The notes beneath the pieces were generated by a model. That model was given only the letters and a program-made list of their open reading frames with translations, made no database searches and was not told the origin of the DNA. This document shows, piece by piece, positions 58,501 to 64,000 of a stretch of DNA of 64,000 bases (position 1 is its first letter; each line of letters starts with the position of its first letter). A program made the position numbers and the translations under genes. The DNA lies in assembly GCA_002269645.1 (NCBI GenBank), contig NIVC01001521.1:62001-126000 (forward strand). Reading direction: 5' to 3'. This DNA is from Macrostomum lignano. Its lineage: Eukaryota.

Positions 58501-61500
58501 AGGTGAGTTCAGTGTGTCTTTCGAGGTGAGTTCAGTGTGTCTTTCGAGGTGAGTTCAGTGTGTCTTTCGAGGTGAGTTCAGTGTGTCTTTCGAGGTGAGT
58601 TCAGTGTGTCTTTCGAGGTGAGTTCAGTGTGTCTTTCGAGGTGAGTTCAGTGTGTCTTTCGAGGTGAGTTCAGTGTGTCTTTCGAGGTGAGTTCAGTGTC
58701 TTTCGAGGTGAGTTCAGTGTGTCTTTCGAGGTGAGTTCAGTGTGTCTTTCGAGGTGAGTTCAGTGTGTCTTTCGAGTGAGTTCAGTGTGTCTTTCGAGGT
58801 GAGTTCAGTGTGTCTTTCGAGGTGAGTTCAGTGTGTCTTTCGAGTGAGTTCAGTGTGTCTTTCGAGGTGAGTTCAGTGTGTCTTTCGAGGTGAGTTCAGT
58901 GTGTCTTTCGAGGTGAGTTCAGTGTGTCTTTCGAGGTGAGTTCAGTGTGTCTTTCGAGGTGAGTTCAGTGTGTCTTTCGAGGTGAGTTCAGTGTGTCTTT
59001 CGAGTGAGTTCAGTGTGTCTTTCGAGGTGAGTTCAGTGTGTCTTTCGAGGTGAGTTCAGTGTGTCTTTCGAGGTGAGTTCAGTGTGTCTTTCGAGGTGAG
59101 TTCAGTGTGTCTTTCGAGGTGAGTTCAGTGTGTCTTTCGAGGTGAGTTCAGTGTGTCTTTCGAGGTGAGTTCAGTGTGTCTTTCGAGGTGAGTTCAGTGT
59201 GTCTTTCGAGGTGAGTTCAGTGTGTCTTTCGAGGTGAGTTCAGTGTGTCTTTCGAGGTGAGTTCAGTGTGTCTTTCGAGGTGAGTTCAGTGTGTCTTTCG
59301 AGGTGAGTTCAGTGTGTCTTTCGAGGTGAGTTCAGTGTGTCTTTCGAGGTGAGTTCAGTGTGTCTTTCGAGGTGAGTTCAGTGTGTCTTTCGAGGTGAGT
59401 TCAGTGTGTCTTTCGAGGTGAGTTCAGTGTGTCTTTCGAGGTGAGTTCAGTGTGTCTTTCGAGGTGAGTTCAGTGTGTCTTTCGAGGTGAGTTCAGTGTG
59501 TCTTTCGAGGTGAGTTCAGTGTGTCTTTCGAGGTGAGTTCAGTGTGTCTTTCGAGGTGAGTTCAGTGTGTCTTTCGGGGTGAGTTCAGTGTCTTTCGAGG
59601 TGAGTTCAGTGTGTCTTTCGAGGTGAGTTCAGTGTGTCTTTCGAGGTGAGTTCAGTGTGTCTTTCGAGGTGAGTTCAGTGTGTCTTTCGAGGTGAGTTCA
59701 GTGTGTCTTTCGAGGTGAGTTCAGTGTGTCTTTCGAGGTGAGTTCAGTGTGTCTTTCGAGGTGAGTTCAGTGTGTCTTTCGAGGTGAGTTCAGTGTGTCT
59801 TTCGAGGTGAGTTCAGTGTGTCTTTCGAGGTGAGTTCAGTGTGTCTTTCGAGGTGAGTTCAGTGTGTCTTTCGAGGTGAGTTCAGTGTGTCTTTCGAGGT
59901 GAGTTCAGTGTGTCTTTCGAGGTGAGTTCAGTGTGTCTTTCGAGGTGAGTTCAGTGTGTCTTTCGAGGTGAGTTCAGTGTGTCTTTCGAGGTGAGTTCAG
60001 TGTGTCTTTCGAGGTGAGTTCAGTGTGTCTTTCGAGTGAGTTCAGTGTGTCTTTCGAGGTGAGTTCAGTGTGTCTTTCGAGGTGAGTTCAGTGTGTCTTT
60101 CGAGGTGAGTTCAGTGTGTCTTTCGAGGTGAGTTCAGTGTGTCTTTCGAGGTGAGTTCAGTGTCTTTCGAGGTGAGTTCAGTGTGTCTTTCGAGGTGAGT
60201 TCAGTGTGTCTTTCGAGGTGAGTTCAGTGTGTCTTTCGAGGTGAGTTCAGTGTGTCTTTCGAGGTGAGTTCAGTGTGTCTTTCGAGGTGAGTTCAGTGTG
60301 TCTTTCGAGGTGAGTTCAGTGTGTCTTTCGAGGTGAGTTCAGTGTGTCTTTCGAGGTGAGTTCAGTGTGTCTTTCGAGGTGAGTTCAGTGTGTCTTTCGA
60401 GGTGAGTTCAGTGTGTCTTTCGAGGTGAGTTCAGTGTGTCTTTCGAGGTGAGTTCAGTGTGTCTTTCGAGGTGAGTTCAGTGTGTCTTTCGAGGTGAGTT
60501 CAGTGTGTCTTTCGAGGTGAGTTCAGTGTGTCTTTCGAGGTGAGTTCAGTGTGTCTTTCGAGGTGAGTTCAGTGTGTCTTTCGAGGTGAGTTCAGTGTGT
60601 CTTTCGAGGTGAGTTCAGTGTGTCTTTCGAGGTGAGTTCAGTGTGTCTTTCGAGGTGAGTTCAGTGTGTCTTTCGAGGTGAGTTCAGTGTGTCTTTCGAG
60701 GTGAGTTCAGTGTGTCTTTCGAGGTGAGTTCAGTGTGTCTTTCGAGGTGAGTTCAGTGTGTCTTTCGAGGTGAGTTCAGTGTGTCTTTCGAGTGAGTTCA
60801 GTGTGTCTTTCGAGGTGAGTTCAGTGTGTCTTTCGAGGTGAGTTCAGTGTGTCTTTCGAGTGAGTTCAGTGTGTCTTTCGAGGTGAGTTCAGTGTGTCTT
60901 TCGAGTGAGTTCAGTGTGTCTTTCGAGGTGAGTTCAGTGTGTCTTTCGAGGTGAGTTCAGTGTGTCTTTCGAGGTGAGTTCAGTGTGTCTTTCGAGGTGA
61001 GTTCAGTGTGTCTTTCGAGGTGAGTTCAGTGTGTCTTTCGAGGTGAGTTCAGTGTGTCTTTCGAGTGAGTTCAGTGTGTCTTTCGAGGTGAGTTCAGTGT
61101 GTCTTTCGAGTGAGTTCAGTGTGTCTTTCGAGGTGAGTTCAGTGTGTCTTTCGAGGTGAGTTCAGTGTGTCTTTCGAGGTGAGTTCAGTGTGTCTTTCGA
61201 GGTGAGTTCAGTGTGTCTTTCGAGGTGAGTTCAGTGTGTCTTTCGAGGTGAGTTCAGTGTGTCTTTCGAGTGAGTTCAGTGTGTCTTTCGAGGTGAGTTC
61301 AGTGTGTCTTTCGAGGTGAGTTCAGTGTGTCTTTCGAGGTGAGTTCAGTGTGTCTTTCGAGGTGAGTTCAGTGTGTCTTTCGAGGTGAGTTCAGTGTGTC
61401 TTTCGAGGTGAGTTCAGTGTGTCTTTCGAGGTGAGTTCAGTGTGTCTTTCGAGGTGAGTTCAGTGTGTCTTTCGAGGTGAGTTCAGTGTGTCTTTCGAGG

Positions 61501-64000
61501 TGAGTTCAGTGTGTCTTTCGAGGTGAGTTCAGTGTGTCTTTCGAGGTGAGTTCAGTGTGTCTTTCGAGGTGAGTTCAGTGTGTCTTTCGAGGTGAGTTCA
61601 GTGTGTCTTTCGAGGTGAGTTCAGTGTGTCTTTCGAGGTGAGTTCAGTGTGTCTTTCGAGGTGAGTTCAGTGTGTCTTTCGAGGTGAGTTCAGTGTGTCT
61701 TTCGAGGTGAGTTCAGTGTGTCTTTCGAGTGAGTTCAGTGTGTCTTTCGAGGTGAGTTCAGTGTGTCTTTCGAGTGAGTTCAGTGTGTCTTTCGAGGTGA
61801 GTTCAGTGTGTCTTTCGAGTGAGTTCAGTGTGTCTTTCGAGGTGAGTTCAGTGTGTCTTTCGAGGTGAGTTCAGTGTGTCTTTCGAGGTGAGTTCAGTGT
61901 GTCTTTCGAGGTGAGTTCAGTGTGTCTTTCGAGTGAGTTCAGTGTGTCTTTCGAGGTGAGTTCAGTGTGTCTTTCGAGGTGAGTTCAGTGTGTCTTTCGA
62001 GGTGAGTTCAGTGTGTCTTTCGAGGTGAGTTCAGTGTGTCTTTCGAGGTGAGTTCAGTGTGTCTTTCGAGGTGAGTTCAGTGTGTCTTTCGAGGTGAGTT
62101 CAGTGTGTCTTTCGAGGTGAGTTCAGTGTGTCTTTCGAGGTGAGTTCAGTGTGTCTTTCGAGGTGAGTTCAGTGTGTCTTTCGAGGTGAGTTCAGTGTGT
62201 CTTTCGAGGTGAGTTCAGTGTGTCTTTCGAGGTGAGTTCAGTGTGTCTTTCGAGGTGAGTTCAGTGTGTCTTTCGAGGTGAGTTCAGTGTGTCTTTCGAG
62301 GTGAGTTCAGTGTGTCTTTCGAGGTGAGTTCAGTGTGTCTTTCGAGGTGAGTTCAGTGTGTCTTTCGAGGTGAGTTCAGTGTGTCTTTCGAGGTGAGTTC
62401 AGTGTGTCTTTCGAGGTGAGTTCAGTGTGTCTTTCGAGGTGAGTTCAGTGTGTCTTTCGAGGTGAGTTCAGTGTGTCTTTCGAGGTGAGTTCAGTGTGTC
62501 TTTCGAGGTGAGTTCAGTGTGTCTTTCGAGGTGAGTTCAGTGTGTCTTTCGAGGTGAGTTCAGTGTGTCTTTCGAGGTGAGTTCAGTGTGTCTTTCGAGG
62601 TGAGTTCAGTGTGTCTTTCGAGGTGAGTTCAGTGTGTCTTTCGAGGTGAGTTCAGTGTGTCTTTCGAGGTGAGTTCAGTGTGTCTTTCGAGGTGAGTTCA
62701 GTGTGTCTTTCGAGGTGAGTTCAGTGTGTCTTTCGAGTGAGTTCAGTGTGTCTTTCGAGGTGAGTTCAGTGTGTCTTTCGAGGTGAGTTCAGTGTGTCTT
62801 TCGAGGTGAGTTCAGTGTGTCTTTCGAGGTGAGTTCAGTGTGTCTTTCGAGTGAGTTCAGTGTGTCTTTCGAGGTGAGTTCAGTGTGTCTTTCGAGTGAG
62901 TTCAGTGTGTCTTTCGAGGTGAGTTCAGTGTGTCTTTCGAGGTGAGTTCAGTGTGTCTTTCGAGGTGAGTTCAGTGTGTCTTTCGAGGTGAGTTCAGTGT
63001 GTCTTTCGAGGTGAGTTCAGTGTGTCTTTCGAGGTGAGTTCAGTGTGTCTTTCGAGGTGAGTTCAGTGTGTCTTTCGAGGTGAGTTCAGTGTGTCTTTCG
63101 AGGTGAGTTCAGTGTGTCTTTCGAGGTGAGTTCAGTGTGTCTTTCGAGGTGAGTTCAGTGTGTCTTTCGAGGTGAGTTCAGTGTGTCTTTCGAGGTGAGT
63201 TCAGTGTGTCTTTCGAGGTGAGTTCAGTGTGTCTTTCGAGGTGAGTTCAGTGTGTCTTTCGAGGTGAGTTCAGTGTGTCTTTCGAGGTGAGTTCAGTGTG
63301 TCTTTCGAGGTGAGTTCAGTGTGTCTTTCGAGGTGAGTTCAGTGTGTCTTTCGAGGTGAGTTCAGTGTGTCTTTCGAGGTGAGTTCAGTGTGTCTTTCGA
63401 GGTGAGTTCAGTGTGTCTTTCGAGGTGAGTTCAGTGTGTCTTTCGAGGTGAGTTCAGTGTGTCTTTCGAGGTGAGTTCAGTGTGTCTTTCGAGGTGAGTT
63501 CAGTGTGTCTTTCGAGGTGAGTTCAGTGTGTCTTTCGAGGTGAGTTCAGTGTGTCTTTCGAGGTGAGTTCAGTGTGTCTTTCGAGGTGAGTTCAGTGTGT
63601 CTTTCGAGGTGAGTTCAGTGTGTCTTTCGAGGTGAGTTCAGTGTGTCTTTCGAGGTGAGTTCAGTGTGTCTTTCGAGGTGAGTTCAGTGTGTCTTTCGAG
63701 GTGAGTTCAGTGTGTCTTTCGAGGTGAGTTCAGTGTGTCTTTCGAGGTGAGTTCAGTGTGTCTTTCGAGGTGAGTTCAGTGTGTCTTTCGAGGTGAGTTC
63801 AGTGTGTCTTTCGAGGTGAGTTCAGTGTGTCTTTCGAGGTGAGTTCAGTGTGTCTTTCGAGGTGAGTTCAGTGTGTCTTTCGAGGTGAGTTCAGTGTGTC
63901 TTTCGAGGTGAGTTCAGTGTGTCTTTCGAGTGAGTTCAGTGTGTCTTTCGAGGTGAGTTCAGTGTGTCTTTCGAGGTGAGTTCAGTGTGTCTTTCGAGGT
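46585..64000. repeat. Satellite array of 23-bp monomer GTGTGTCTTTCGAGGTGAGTTCA, at least 17.4 kb (about 750 copies)
   Basis: Continuous tandem array to the window edge with 21/22-bp deletion variants and GGGATCA, GATGAG and GATGTGAGTTTAGTT variants. No unique spacers, so not CRISPR. Confidence 0.99.

Noticed and set aside
46585-64000. CRISPR array
   Set aside because: Head-to-tail repeats with no unique spacers, no cas genes, and a eukaryotic context.

Overview
Eukaryotic (animal) genomic DNA with spliceosomal introns and an extremely high load of intronic mini- and microsatellites. The style resembles a flatworm such as Macrostomum, but that is inference only. Six protein-coding loci can be read by hand. 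(1) The 5' end of a DEG/ENaC (FaNaC-like) channel, minus strand, running off the left edge. (2) Endophilin-B N-BAR gene, plus strand, apparently lacking an SH3 domain. (3) A transmembrane MACIT-type collagen (XIII/XXIII/XXV family), minus strand, 10447-24473, with many small exons, a candidate microexon chain and an unusual Arg-rich C-terminal tail. (4) hnRNP Q/R (SYNCRIP), minus strand, with a 1-nt frameshift in RRM3. (5, 6) Two tandem gamma-glutamylcyclotransferase-like paralogs that appear fused to a cytochrome-b5-like domain. Mobile elements are a decayed DD37E Tc1/mariner-superfamily transposon, several hAT MITEs with exact 8-bp TSDs (one pair nested), and a 1.83-kb CMC/EnSpm-type non-autonomous element with a 2-bp TSD. 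The last 17.4 kb is a 23-bp satellite, apparently inside the first intron of the second GGCT-like paralog, and each monomer carries a splice-donor consensus on the antisense strand. Most long ORFs in the supplied track are repeat artefacts. Exon models are manual readings without transcript support.
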